Shown here piece by piece: positions 13,901-26,014 of a stretch of 64,000 nt of DNA (the stretch's first letter is position 1; each line of letters starts with the position of its first letter). Where the stretch lies: contig NC_043009.1 in NCBI RefSeq assembly GCF_006345805.1, positions 26,226,001 to 26,290,000 on the forward strand, in the 5' to 3' direction. The stretch is from Octopus sinensis (lineage: Eukaryota). The position numbers and the translations under genes were made by a program. The notes under the pieces were generated by a model. It did no database searches, was not told the DNA's origin, and was given only the letters and a program-made list of their open reading frames with translations.

Positions 13901-14166
13901 CATACTTAGATATGCACTTGTGTATATCTACATGTATGTATCTATGAGTGTTGTTCGATGTAATCAAGGATGCAGCATCGACACGATGTGACTCCGCCTG
14001 CAAACTAAATATATGCTTCAATGACACCACCCTCTCCGAACTCTTTTCGTTTTCAGTTAACATTTGTAATCTTTATCTTCTCTTAGTTTGAGACATTCAG
14101 AGCCTTTGATGATTCGAGTTTGTGTGGTTGTGGTATTTATAATATGATATATATAAATATATATAT

Positions 14167-14221
<55 letters not shown>

Positions 14222-14676
14222 TTTATTTAAAGCACCAGAAAATTCAACAAAACCTGTTTCTCTGAGTTTCCCGTTGCCGTTCATCGGACAGTTTTTGCTA
14301 GAATAATATATATAATTGATGTGTGTATGTGTTTAAAAACTCTCCTTTGGTCACTTCCAAGGCATAAGTCCAGGCAAGGTTGTTTATTGAAGACCAACAG
14401 TTATGATGCATACCAGCCTCTGCTCTCCACACCACCGATGTTATCCAAGGGAAAGACAGCTTGGCACCAGTGACGTCACAAACTCATTTCAACAGCTGAG
14501 CGAACTGGAACAATGTGAAATAAAGTGTCTTGCTCAAGAACACAAGACACAACCCGGTTCGGGAATTCGAACTCACAACCTCACGATTATAGGCCCGACG
14601 CCATAACCACTGAGATGCCTATCTTCATACATACACGCACACACACACACACACATATAGATATACATGTTTATAT

Positions 14677-14709
<33 letters not shown>

Positions 14710-15289
14710 ACTTATAATGTATAAATACATATATATGTTTATACAATATGTAAATACATATACATATATTTACATTATGTGTGTGTTTGTGTGATATTAT
14801 AAGAAAATTGTTTCATGCTACGTGATCTAAGCAAGTCAATAATTATCTCTGAAACAGCCTCTTCTTTCTTGTCAAAGGAATTCCACTGATAAATCAAACA
14901 CAGTATCTGAGATAAAATGATTACAAATCCGAACGAAAATCTTGATTCAAAAACAAAGAACACAAAAACGTTTTGAATTGAGTGTCAGTTCAAATGTTGA
15001 TTTTATTTAAATATTCTCACATCCGTTGCTAGGTTGTCTGAACATCCTAGAAACCCTATGCCCCTTGACCTTTGTCCATTCACGATGCAGTTGTAATTCA
15101 GGCCTTTATCTTCAATGCGGTGCAAAATGGAAAAAAATTGACAATTTGAAATGATACGCTGTCTGTGCAACCACATTCAGTTCATTGTTCCTAAGTTTCT
15201 TGTCAGTTGGCAGCGCGTGAAGAATCTATTTTGCGATTCTTTTCTATGACATTTTAATTACATGTACGTAGTCCCGGAGTTGTGACCTG

Positions 15290-15650
15290 TCAATACCAAA
15301 AATTTAGTTTGACTCGGAGACATACCCTTATCTCCGAGCTACATACCTTTTCAAGTAACGTTACACTAGTGATCCTTCGGAGAAACCCTATTTTGATTGC
15401 TTGTATTCGCGATACCCAACCATTGATGACTATAGGTAACGATAGGAACCAAAACCGAATTGAAGGTTGCAAATTGGGCTTCTACCAATTTCTCCTCTTT
15501 CGAGGATCGAACGTTGGATCTGGTGCATTACTGTGACCGTTCCTGCATTTCTAGTGTCCAGTTCTGAACCGTGGTTCATTTGATCTTGATCTTCGTTGTT
15601 GCGAAAGCGAGATCCATCGATGCTCGTCAGTTGGTGAATATATCTAAGCA
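15290..15650 (-). pseudogene. RTE-clade LINE RT C-terminal remnant
   Basis: ELDTRNAGTVTVMHQIQRS and SRIQAIKIGFLRRITSVTLLEKVCSSEIR resemble RTE ELDxRIxxA and IQAxEMxFLRRIxGVTLxDxVRSSxIR motifs. Confidence 0.7.
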
Positions 15651-15704
15651 AATGAAATAGAATATTTTACAGTTTCAGACTCTGCTGCAGTGATCTAATA
15701 ACCA

Positions 15705-16118
15705 GTTCTATCTTGTATGTTTGGTTTCAGTCATTGAAATATTTTGTCGAACAAATCAACCTCGGTATTTAGGTATTTTTGTGAGTGTGTGGTACCTATT
15801 CTATCATACACGTTTTACTAAACTGCTGAATTACAAGAACGTAAACAAACCGATGCCGCTTGTCAAACGGTTGGTGTTAGTGGTGGTGGTGGGACAAACA
15901 AACATGCAAATACATACAGAAGGTTACTCTCACACACACACAGACACACATATACGATGGTCTTCCACGGTGTTTCTACTAAATTTATTGGAAAGATATT
16001 TGTCATCCACAACTATAGGAGAAAACCCTCGTCCAAGGTAATTTGTAGTAGGACTGAACGCGGAACCACGTAGTTGCAAGTCAAGCTCTTTAACCACCAC
16101 AGACTTGCAAGCGCCTAC
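15705..16118 (-). mobile_element. Family B SINE, diverged full-length copy
   Basis: Head at ~16118, an internal (CA)n and the gtttcagtcattg tail at ~15725. Confidence 0.7.
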
Positions 16119-16852
16119 ATGCATAGGATCATCACACAGGTAAAATATATTTGGTGTGTAAATGTGTATATCCAGTAAGTCGGTTCCCATTTTGCTCCTA
16201 TAAATTCTACATATTAGGCATGGATTAAAATATTCAGGATAATCTTAGTTTTGGATTTACTCAAAACACATCGAGGGAGTTCCATGTCAGAGATTAGTGT
16301 GTTATTTATATATTTAGAAAATTCAGCTTCTTTCCAATTTTCCCAGAAGTTGTTTGTATAGATAACAAAATGTTTAAAATGTTTAAGAATATATTGTTAT
16401 CCACAAAAATCTTCGTTTTAGAATATTAGGAAAATCAAATGGAAGTAAAAATTACTAGATATAATTATACAATCTGGATAATTTAAGATAAGAATTAATT
16501 GAAGGATTAGATTATAAAGTATTAAGTATGCTAGCAATAAACGCTTATTCAAATTTTTGTTATTTTAAATTTGTTTGAAATTGTCGATCTTATAAAAATG
16601 AAATAAAAATATAGATTTAACATTTTCTTAAATATCAGCATGGCTGTGTGTAGGCGCAGCAAGACAATGTAATAAGTTTGTTTCACAAACACATTGTTCT
16701 GGGTTCAATTCCAATGCATCGCACGTTTAACCTTATTCGCAGACCGCCCAATGTCTTGTGAGTGGATCTAGTAGACGGAAACTAAAAGGGGCAAAGTTGA
16801 CCTCGGCGGAATTTGAACTCAGAACGTAAAGACATGTCCCGATGCAGTGTAC

Positions 16853-17400
16853 GCCCTGATGCAGTACCAGGTAGTGGTTCTCATGGCTTCTGATCTTAAA
16901 TGATTGAAAGTGTTATCCTGCACATTGTTTTGTCTTGGTATAAAAGATGGTATAACAAATATTCTGCTCAATACCACAGATTTGCTTGTCAGTTGTTTGA
17001 CCTTAACCAGTTGAGCATGTCCTTTAGTGGCTGACGATATGTGCATCTCTGATCACGAGCAGAAGTGGTGGGGGAGCATCATAGCCATGTGTTGAGAGGG
17101 ATTCTTTGGGGTTTGAATAATTCACCTCTGGAAACATGGGTGGTTCTTTCAACATCCTTAAACAACCCTTATTCAGGGACCTTTTGAGTGGGATGGGCTA
17201 CTCGACCTGAAGAAAAATCTAACTGGGCCCCACCTGCAAGGTCATGCGATGTTTATCTTGCTATGAGATTACCATGTCACGCACATATGGTTGTGATGCA
17301 TGTGCTTAGTGTACCTTTATCAGACGGGTAGTCATGATGAGTATACTGGGCTTCGTATTACCCCAGTGTCAATTTGATGGCATGCACCGCTCTCTCATTA

Positions 17401-17455
<55 letters not shown>

Positions 17456-17751
17456 GAAATAATAATAGTGATGATGATGATGATGATAAAGGCCCTGATG
17501 CAGTACCAGGCAATGTGGAGCATGATAGCCATGTGTTGAGAGGAATTCTTTTGCGTTTGAATAATCCACCTCTGGAAACATAACTATTTCGTTCAACATG
17601 CTTAAGGAACTCTGAATCGGGAATTTTTTGAGTGGGATCGGCAACTCAACCTGAAGAAAATTATCAGACGGTTAGTCATGATGTATATATTGGGCTTCGT
17701 ATATTTGTACCCTAGTGTCACTTTGATGGCATGCGCTGCTCTCTCATTCAA
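16853..17751 (+). mobile_element. Two tandem copies of a non-coding (TAA)n-tailed retroposon; second copy internally deleted
   Basis: Copies 16853-17399 and 17492-17751 both start gccctgatgcagtaccagg and end gctctctcatt followed by (aat)n. Confidence 0.75.
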
Positions 17752-17761
17752 TAATAATAAT

Positions 17762-18137
17762 CTTTTCTACTCTAGGCACAAGGACCGAAATTTGGGGGGA
17801 GGGGGTCAGTCGATTAGATCGACCCAGTACGCAAATGGTACTTAATTATCGACCCCGAAAGGATGAAAGGCAAAGTCGACCTCGGCGGAATTTGAACTCA
17901 GAACGTAGCGGCAAACGAAATACCTAATTCTTTACTACCCACAAGGGGCTAAACACAGAGGGGACAAACAAGGACAGACAAACGGATTAAGTCGATTATA
18001 TCGACCCCAGTGCGTAACTGGTACTTAATCTATCGACCTCAAAAGGATGAAAGGCAAAGTCGACCTCGGCGGAATTTGAACTCACAACGTAACGGCAAAC
18101 GAAATACTGGTAGCATTTCTGCCAGCTCGCCGCCTTC
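17762..18137 (-). mobile_element. Dimeric MetaSINE-like SINE (family A)
   Basis: Two central blocks with different tails, in the same layout as 59088-59459. Confidence 0.85.
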
Positions 18138-19310
18138 ACTCAATAACAACAACAACAACAGCAGCAGCAGCAGCAGCAGCAACAGCAACAACAACAACAA
18201 CAACAACAAAAACAACAACAACAACAGTAATAATAATAATAATAATAATAATGATAATAATAATAATAAGAAGAAGAAGAAGAAGAAGAATCCATTCTAC
18301 TATATATACAAGGTCTGAAATTTATGCGTGCGGAGACCTCACTGTTTCACTGGTACTTACTTTATCGATCCCAAAAGGATGAAATATAAAATGGACGTCG
18401 GCGGAATTTGAACTCAGAACGTAAAGACGGATGAAATACCGCTAAGAGTGTTGCTCAGCGTGATAACAATCCTGCCTGCTGAAAGTATCCATTAAATACG
18501 ATGAAGAATTTTGTCTAAAAGTTTTTGCAAAATATAGACATATAAAAGCATGTGGGTATGGAGATGAAACGTAAAGAAAAGAGAAAAATCTGAAAGAAGA
18601 GGAGCAGAGGAAGAAAGAAAACAACTAGGAAAATGAGGGCCCTTTTGTGTACAGCTAATCCAAGCCCCCTAAAAAAAAAAAACTGAAGACAATAAAATAG
18701 ATTTTACCTTAAAGAATTAGCACTTATTCTTGAGAACATATGTAGCAATTGAGTGCGATGTGGTTAAGAGAGTGAGATTCAGTTAGCATTGAAAATTTGG
18801 TTTGGCAATGTTAGTGAAATGAATGCTTCAATTAATCAACCGCTGATGCGTCTAAAAAAGCAGATTTTGCAAAAGAAATGTGTTAAGAAAATTTCACACG
18901 GACTGCTTGAAGGTTTAATGGGTTTAAAGGGCGAGAGAATATTGCGTGTAAATGCGTTCACGGTGAAGGAAGCTGCTAATATCTTTCTTCTCGGCTGAAG
19001 TGTAGATAAATAGTGAATGACTTACAAGTTGCTGTTGCATATTATCCTGCAAATATTTTCAAATACAGAACAGACGAATTATGATTGTATTGTTAAGATG
19101 TTAGCTTCCTGACCAAATATTTTAAGGATTCAATCCCACTACCCGACTGTTAACAATGGGTCTCTCACTGGGGTACCATGGCTCAGAGTCAACCAATTCG
19201 TTGTGACAGAATTTGGTTGACGGAAACTCTGGTAGTTTGTCCATTACACACACACACACACAAACACACACACATACACACACACACACACACACAACAC
19301 ACACACACAC

Positions 19311-19353
<43 letters not shown>

Positions 19354-19364
19354 ACACGTGTATA

Positions 19365-19576
19365 CGAGGGGGTGCTGAAAAGTTCCTGGCTTTAAGGGTA
19401 TCCCGAAAAGCATGGCTAGAGGCTCAGTCTTCCGAGTTCACGTACAGGACTTTAAAAAATTGGATGATTGCTGCAATAAGTGTGCGAATCTGAGTGGGGA
19501 ATGCGTTGAATAAAATCTTAACTGATCCTCTTGTATTTTCTTTTCATCAAATCCAGGAACCTTTCAGCACCCTGCA
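19365..19576 (+). mobile_element. Mariner-derived MITE
   Basis: TIRs cgagggggtgctgaaaagttcctggcttt / aaatccaggaacctttcagcaccc with TA flanks. The interior encodes the mariner C-terminus remnant KKLDDCCNKCANLSGECVE*. Confidence 0.85.
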
Positions 19577-19629
19577 TATACATCGTATACATATGATTGT
19601 AAGTGCATATGTATGCATGAATGTATGAG

Positions 19630-19684
<55 letters not shown>

Positions 19685-19743
19685 CGGCAACGGGAAACTC
19701 AGAGTAACAGGTTTTGTTGAATTTTCTGCTGCTTTAAATAAAG

Positions 19744-19782
<39 letters not shown>

Positions 19783-19790
<8 letters not shown>

Positions 19791-20026
19791 ATTAGGGCTT
19801 AGTAAAATAAATTACTTTGCCACATACTGAACTAAGTAGAAATAGCAGCCAAAAAGTTTTTTTAGCCGTTTCTACTACTTAAAGAAAATTTCTCTCAGAT
19901 AATGTTTATCTGAGAGAAATTTTCTTTAAGTAGTAGAAACGGCTAAAAAAACTTTTTTGGCTGCTATTTCTACTTAGTTCAGTATGTGGCAAAGTAATTT
20001 ATTTTACTAAGCCCTAATTATATAAT
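19783..20026. repeat. Near-perfect palindrome (120-bp arms, 3-nt spacer)
   Basis: 19783-19902 versus 19906-20026 differ only by one homopolymer indel by eye. The spacer is tgt. Confidence 0.95.
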
Positions 20027-20114
20027 GTAATATTTTGAATTCGCCTTAAATGGTCCTTTTACATACTGAACACTTGGTGAAATTGTTTGATTAATTAATT
20101 TTACCCTCAATTGT

Positions 20115-20163
<49 letters not shown>

Positions 20164-20205
20164 AGAGTATTGTAGTTCGCTTGAACCATTGTATATTGTT
20201 TGTAA

Positions 20206-20471
20206 AGAATAAAATGTTTCGAATGGTACAACAATACACTATAATACAAACATCGGGCTATATACCTGTTGTAATTTAACCATCCGTAGTCTGATAATAT
20301 TTCGGAATAAAATTCCTTCTTCAGATCTCCCTAGGAATTGACGGAGTCGCTGCTATAATCGGTTTTATTCCGAATATTATCAGACTATGGATGTTTAAAT
20401 TACAACAGGTATATATAGTCCATTGTTTGTATTATAGTGCATTGTTGTGCAATTCGAAACATTCTATTCTT
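20206..20471. repeat. Imperfect foldback containing an HHR-like core
   Basis: Arms are ~20206-20312 and ~20363-20471. Minus strand 20288-20330 reads CUGAAGA-A-GGAAU(uuu)AUUCC-GAAA-UAUUA-UC, with poor stem I. Confidence 0.8.
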
Positions 20472-20474
20472 CAT

Positions 20475-20518
<44 letters not shown>

Positions 20519-20789
20519 TATATATATATATATATATATATTATATATGTATATATATACATACTTATGTGTAATGTATATATATATATAATATATATAT
20601 ATAAGCGAAGTCTGCTCACAACAACTTAGCCCAATGACTGAAACAATTGAAATTATAAAACAATGTGTATTTGCCCAGAGTTTATCAATCCCCAAGAGTG
20701 TATATCAGTCAGTTGTTGCAATAATATGAAGTTAGAGAAAGCGAGAGATTTTACATAATAGAAAAATATAAATCTTAACACTTGTAAGG

Positions 20790-21590
20790 GTGCTAAATGC
20801 TTTCTTATTCACTAATGCTCCATTGGCAATGTATGGATGACGTCAGTTAAATTGAATACCTGGTTACTTAAGTGGAATTTTGGAATTGAAACAAAAAATT
20901 TTGTCAAATAATGATTTACGGCAACACAGATGTAATTTCTAATTAAAGAATACCCAATTAATTTTCTTTCTTTCAAACACTACGTCGTTAATTCAGCCAT
21001 GAAACCAAAGAATCATACAAGCCTTAAAGGCTTATTAAAGAAATTTGTTCATGAATTTCAACCGAATTCAATGATATTCAAAACTAATCAGATGTAAATA
21101 GAATTATTAAACGGATTTCCCTTTCTTGAGGCATTGCATATGTTAAGCAATTGCCCTGGGAGCAATTCTCGAAGAGAACTATTGCAAGTTGCTACAAAAC
21201 AATACTAGTGTTAATGAAGAATTAGAGCTTATCTTATTATAAGTGAAATTCTTGGTAGAAGCCTAAGTGTGATGAGCAGAAAGAAGTATTTTTGAAAGAT
21301 GTTGACCATTGATGACGAAGTTGGAGAGGAAGACGCAACGGAAGTGTCGGAAATATGTTAAGGTGTTTCTGTTGATGTAAATTCTACATTAAAAGAAGGA
21401 CAAAGAAAGAAAATCATTAGAAGGCTTCATCAGATCCTTCAACTGATCCTCTGTTGGGTGAAATTCTAAATATACTTCGTCACAGCATATAACATCGACC
21501 AACAGCATTTCAAAAGCGTTATGAATAACAATTTATTAATAAACGACTAAATGTAAACAGAATAAAATCGCCAGTGGATTGGCTGAATCG
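20790..21590 (+). pseudogene. pogo/Tigger DDE transposase remnant
   Basis: WMTS at ~20835, LIFFLSNTTSLIQP*NQRIIQALKAY at ~20958-21035 (consensus FLPxNTTSxxQPxDQGII), and EALHML...TIASCYK downstream. Heavily decayed. Confidence 0.8.
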
Positions 21591-21898
21591 TTTATTTTGA
21601 AATTGAATAATTTTTTAACAGTTCTAATAAATCAAATTAATAATAATTTAAAATCAATAATTTTCAAAGTAATTTCTTTTTGTCATGCAGTTAGCAATGT
21701 TAGACATTTCATATGTATGTATATATATATATATGTGTATATACATGTATATATTTTTTATTATCTATGGAAGTATTATTTGTGCGAAAAAGCATTACAT
21801 ATATACAGCTGAAAGCCGCAAAACAGCCGTAGCTGTCTTTAAGCCTCCCTCCCAAGTAGATTTGCTAGACAAAAACTGTAAGAAATTCGTTGTTCAGT

Positions 21899-21949
<51 letters not shown>

Positions 21950-22018
21950 ATATATATATTCAAAAAGCATAAAGATTCAAGTTAATTTAAATGAATTTAC
22001 TTGAATATGGTACCAAGA

Positions 22019-23537
22019 TTTTGAGTTCCCAGATTTTGTTGAAAGTGTGGTGGTACCAGCTTTATGACGTAATTTAAAAGACGAGATGTGATTTCTAACT
22101 CTGGCTAGAAAATTAATTGTACATCCAATGTAAAAAGATTTGTTATTCTCCGTGGATATGGTACATTATAGATTACATTATTTTCCCCGCATAGACCAGG
22201 TGCCGGGCATTTTGATTTTATTCTACACTTACACACAGGAGGACAACTTCAGGTTTTGGATTATTCTTGGGTAGATGTCTTAGGTTCCTATTATTTTGAT
22301 TATCATGAGTATAATTGTCCTTATTGTTATTAATATTTCTATAGTTGGTGCTGATATCTAAAGTATTGCTATTATTATTGATCCTTCTGTTTCATCATTT
22401 AGGTCTAAAGTCCTACCATGATTTCTATATTATTGGTAATGTTACTATTATTGTTAGTCTTTTTATCCGACTGCATATTGTTGTATAGATATCACTGATA
22501 TTTTCATTCTCCTTATTTTCTCCATTAACCTTATTTCTATTATTTCTATTATTAACATTATTACTTCTATTAATATCGGCATTGTTATTATTACTATTAA
22601 TGTTAATGTTATTAGTCATTCTGTGGTTACTAATTTCACCTATGTTTTGATAGTTACTATTGCTGTTTTTTTGTTGGTAGTATTATTATAATTGCTATTG
22701 GTATTCATGCTGATATTATTATTTTTATTTCTATCTTCCTGGCTAGTTTAATGTTGTTATTATTAATCTTAGCTATTAAAGTGGACATATTTGGGAGGGT
22801 TGAATAAGAAATCCTAACTGTTTTCCTAGAAATAATTCTATGATATCTATGAGAGATAGGGAAATTTTTTTCCCGAATTACTTTGAATTTGTTCTGTATA
22901 TCCGATTGTATCGCACAGTTGAAAGGAATATTCAGCCATAATATATCTTTTTTATTAAATTTAGGGTTCGTAGAATTATTACTATTCATCTCACCGGAGT
23001 TATTGTATTTATTACCATTATTTTTATTTTTATTTGTGTGCATCTTAGGTTTATCTACTTCGATATTATCCGAGTTACCTATGTTTGGTCAATGCTTCTA
23101 TTTGAATTGTTGGGCTGTACGTTAGATTAGCGTTTACCGTTAATTAATTCTACTTTTATTTCGGGCTTGGTCTGTATTGCTGCTTACGTGATTACTGATA
23201 ACTTCTTTATTAGGAATACGTGAGTTCTCCTTATCAACGAATGTAATCTTTTGGTTGTATCCAGCCTTAGTTAACGCCGCATTATAATGCTCAGAATGGA
23301 AGTTAAATATATCCTTATTGGATGATAATTTTGAAATTCTTAATGAAATATTTCTTACTAAAGATTCAATTATATTTGGGGGATGATTTGATAATTTATT
23401 TACGTAATTCGTGATTTCGCCTTCCTTTCTAAATGGGTAATGCAGCTTGGAGTTAAGGTCTAGCGTAATATCTAGGAAGTTAACTATTTTAGTGCCCGGT
23501 TCATACGTTATACTGAGGTTGAAATCCTTAAAGAACT
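22019..23537 (-). pseudogene. PLE RT C-terminus, thumb, Asn-rich linker and N-half of endonuclease (inverted segment)
   Basis: Motifs VNFLDITLDL, PFRKEG..YVNKLSNHPP, YNAALTKAGY and ILWLNIPF...KNFPISHRYHRIISRKTVRISYSTLPN. Several frameshifts. Confidence 0.9.
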
Positions 23538-24062
23538 TATTAATAACAATAAGGAGAATTATACTCATGATAATCAAAATAATAGGAACCTAAGACATCT
23601 ACCCAAGAATAATCCAAAACCTGAAGTTGTTCCTCCTGTGTGTAAGTGTAGAATAAAATCAAAATGCCCGGCACCTGGTCTATGCGGGGAAAATAATGTA
23701 ATCTATAAATGTTACCATATCCACGGAGAATAACAAATATTTTTACATGGATGTACAATTAATTTTCTAGCCAGAGTTAGAAATCACATCTCGTCTTTTA
23801 AATTACGTCATAAAGCTGGTACCACCACCCTTTCAAACAAAATCTGGGAACTCAAAAATAATAATAAAATTATAACCTTAATTGGGAAATAGTTAGGAGA
23901 GCAATTCCGTATAAAAATAGTAGGGTTGGTTGCCAACTATGCTCCATGGAGACGTATGAAATTCTAAAGCATAGAAAACATAGAAACTTATTGAATAACC
24001 ATATCGAACTAGGTCAAGTTTGTGTCCACGCTAAATTGAAGACTTTAAAATATTTTAAATGA
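23538..24062 (+). pseudogene. Naiad-type GIY-YIG endonuclease (frameshifted)
   Basis: Consensus with the inverted copy reads CKCRIKSKCPAPGLCGENNVIYKCTISTENNKSFYIGCTINFLARVRNH...LSNKIWELK...WEIVRRAIPY...CQLCSME...LLN...CVH*. CxCx5C motif at 23641. Confidence 0.9.
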
Positions 24063-25063
24063 TTAGAATATTCGTAACTAGAGATAGATAGATATAACTT
24101 GATTTTTACTAGTATAGCACTGCTTTAAGTAGATAACTAAGAGTTCTCACACTACAGTTATCGTTTTCCTTATATCTGCATCAGTTTTTTGAGAACAGGG
24201 AAATGAATAGTACTTATACGCTGCTTAATTGAGGCTTTATTTAATTTCAAACTCATAATTTTAAATCTTAATTGTAATTTTTAATTTTAATTCTTAACTT
24301 AATCTAATTTAAGTAGCATAACTTTAATAAAATAAAATGAGTTACTAAAGCCCCATAATTCTATTTCAAAATTAAATAAATAAGGCTACTCCCTCGGTGA
24401 TAATATGATTATCTTCATTATGATAGACAATTCCCTAACACCTTGTAAATGATCTTCTAAGATTTGACCTGTAGTCCGTCAATGTATGAATAATAACGGC
24501 AACTCCTTAAGACAATAAAATGAATAAATTAAATAAATAATTTTAATGACTTTTTGATAAGATTATACTTAGATTTTCCTAATGTATTTCCTTTTGATTT
24601 TAGCCTCTGACCCCTAAACCCCTGACCGTGTTATCTCTTTAGATTCTCTTTAAATTCATAGCTGATTTCAACAGCAATAAATTAGCTGTTTTACTGGTCA
24701 AAGAATAATATTCTCCTCTAGTTCCTAGATGCCTGTAAATTAAAACAGACTTGCCGTCTACTAATTCTTCTGTATAACTAGAACTCCTTTTTTTCTTTTT
24801 CTTTTTTCCTTCTTTCCCTATTTCTTTCTCTTTTCTCTTTTTTCTTTTCTTCTTCTTATTCTCTTTTTCCTTTTCTCTTCTCTTTTAGTCCCCCTCCCCC
24901 TTTTTGCTCCCTCCTCCTTTATTTTTCCTCTTTTCTTCTCTTCCCTTCCCTTTTCTGTTCTTTGCATCTCTAGAAAGCCCTTCAGCCTTTAAAAGTTAAA
25001 TAGCTACAGCCTCTTGTAAATAGCAGTAATGTGATTAATGTGGCAAATACCTAATCATATAAC

Positions 25064-25355
25064 AAGAATTGATACCTACCTCATTGTGTTCAACCATTGA
25101 TAAATTTATCGCCTGTGAATATGAAATTCCTCTCATTTCTCTGGAAATTTACATCTACACCATTGGAAATTGTGCATCTATACAAAGGATTAATTCACCC
25201 TCTCTGTAATGCTAATAAGCAGGAATTGAGACCCACCTCGTTGTGATTAACAATGGATAAATTTGTCGTCTGTGAGTATGTAATCCCTCTCATATCTCTG
25301 GAAATTCATATGTGCACTATGGATTAGGTCACCTTCTCTGTGATGCTATTAAAAC
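25064..25355 (+). repeat. Diverged two-unit tandem repeat (~140-155 bp) in PLE 3' UTR
   Basis: The block gaattga.acc.acctc.ttgtg...tctctggaaatt...ctctgt.atgcta occurs twice. Confidence 0.8.
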
Positions 25356-25496
25356 TTTTTTAAAATCTGTGATAAGACTGTACATCATCTTTAAAGAACT
25401 TTAATGAACTTTGGAAATCTGTTTATGTTACTTAATTATTTACATTACTTCATGAGTATAGCCTCAACCACTAGGATGTCTAGAGAACTCACATGT

Positions 25497-25589
25497 ATTT
25501 TAGCTGATGAGTACGGGACACGTTTATATGCTGTCATTTTTGCAACTTTTAATAAAGCCTGTCCTTGTATGAAACGATTGTACTAAAAA
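25497..25589 (+). ncRNA. Type I hammerhead ribozyme with long stem II
   Basis: Reads UUUUAG-CUGAUGA-GUACGGGACA...UGUCCUUGUAU-GAAAC-GAUU-GUA-CUAAAA. 6-bp stem I and a near-palindromic ACGAUUGU stem III. Confidence 0.85.
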
Positions 25590-26014
25590 CCTATCCATTC
25601 TTGTTGCTTCTTTCTCGCGTACATATATATATATATATAAGCTACAGAAGCAATATTTCTTTGGAATAGCATTATGTATATACTCCTGAAAACCGCAAAA
25701 CAGCACTATTTGTCTGAAAGCCTTCGACGATTTAGTGAACAAAAGCAGTAAGAAGTCCGTTGTATAGTACGTATATATATAAGTGTGTGCGTGCGTGCGG
25801 TTTGTGTGTGTGTGATAAATATTTCTACAAACAGGAATAAGTCGATTAGTGTGTTTAAATGTTCAGGAGAGCATCGGTACAGTTTGGGCTACCTGTTGTC
25901 ATGCGCAGTTGGGGTACACTCCCGTTGGATTTACTTCAGGGACTCCGCAGTGACAGTTAGGGTAATAGTGTAACTTAATAGTAGGAGGTGGATTTGGTAT
26001 TAGACTTTTATTAG

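Larger units (their letters stand above)
21960..25622 (+). mobile_element. Naiad-type Penelope-like element with 5' inversion, inserted in (TA)n
   Basis: An inverted RT/thumb/linker/EN segment (22019-23537) is joined to a sense EN, 3' UTR and HHR segment (23538-25622), with (TA)n on both sides. Confidence 0.9.

Noticed and set aside
22705-22707. TGA in a Naiad ORF as possible selenocysteine (some Naiads encode selenoproteins)
   Set aside because: It lies in a low-complexity linker after an apparent frameshift. The conserved EN cysteines are TGT/TGC and no SECIS was recognised.
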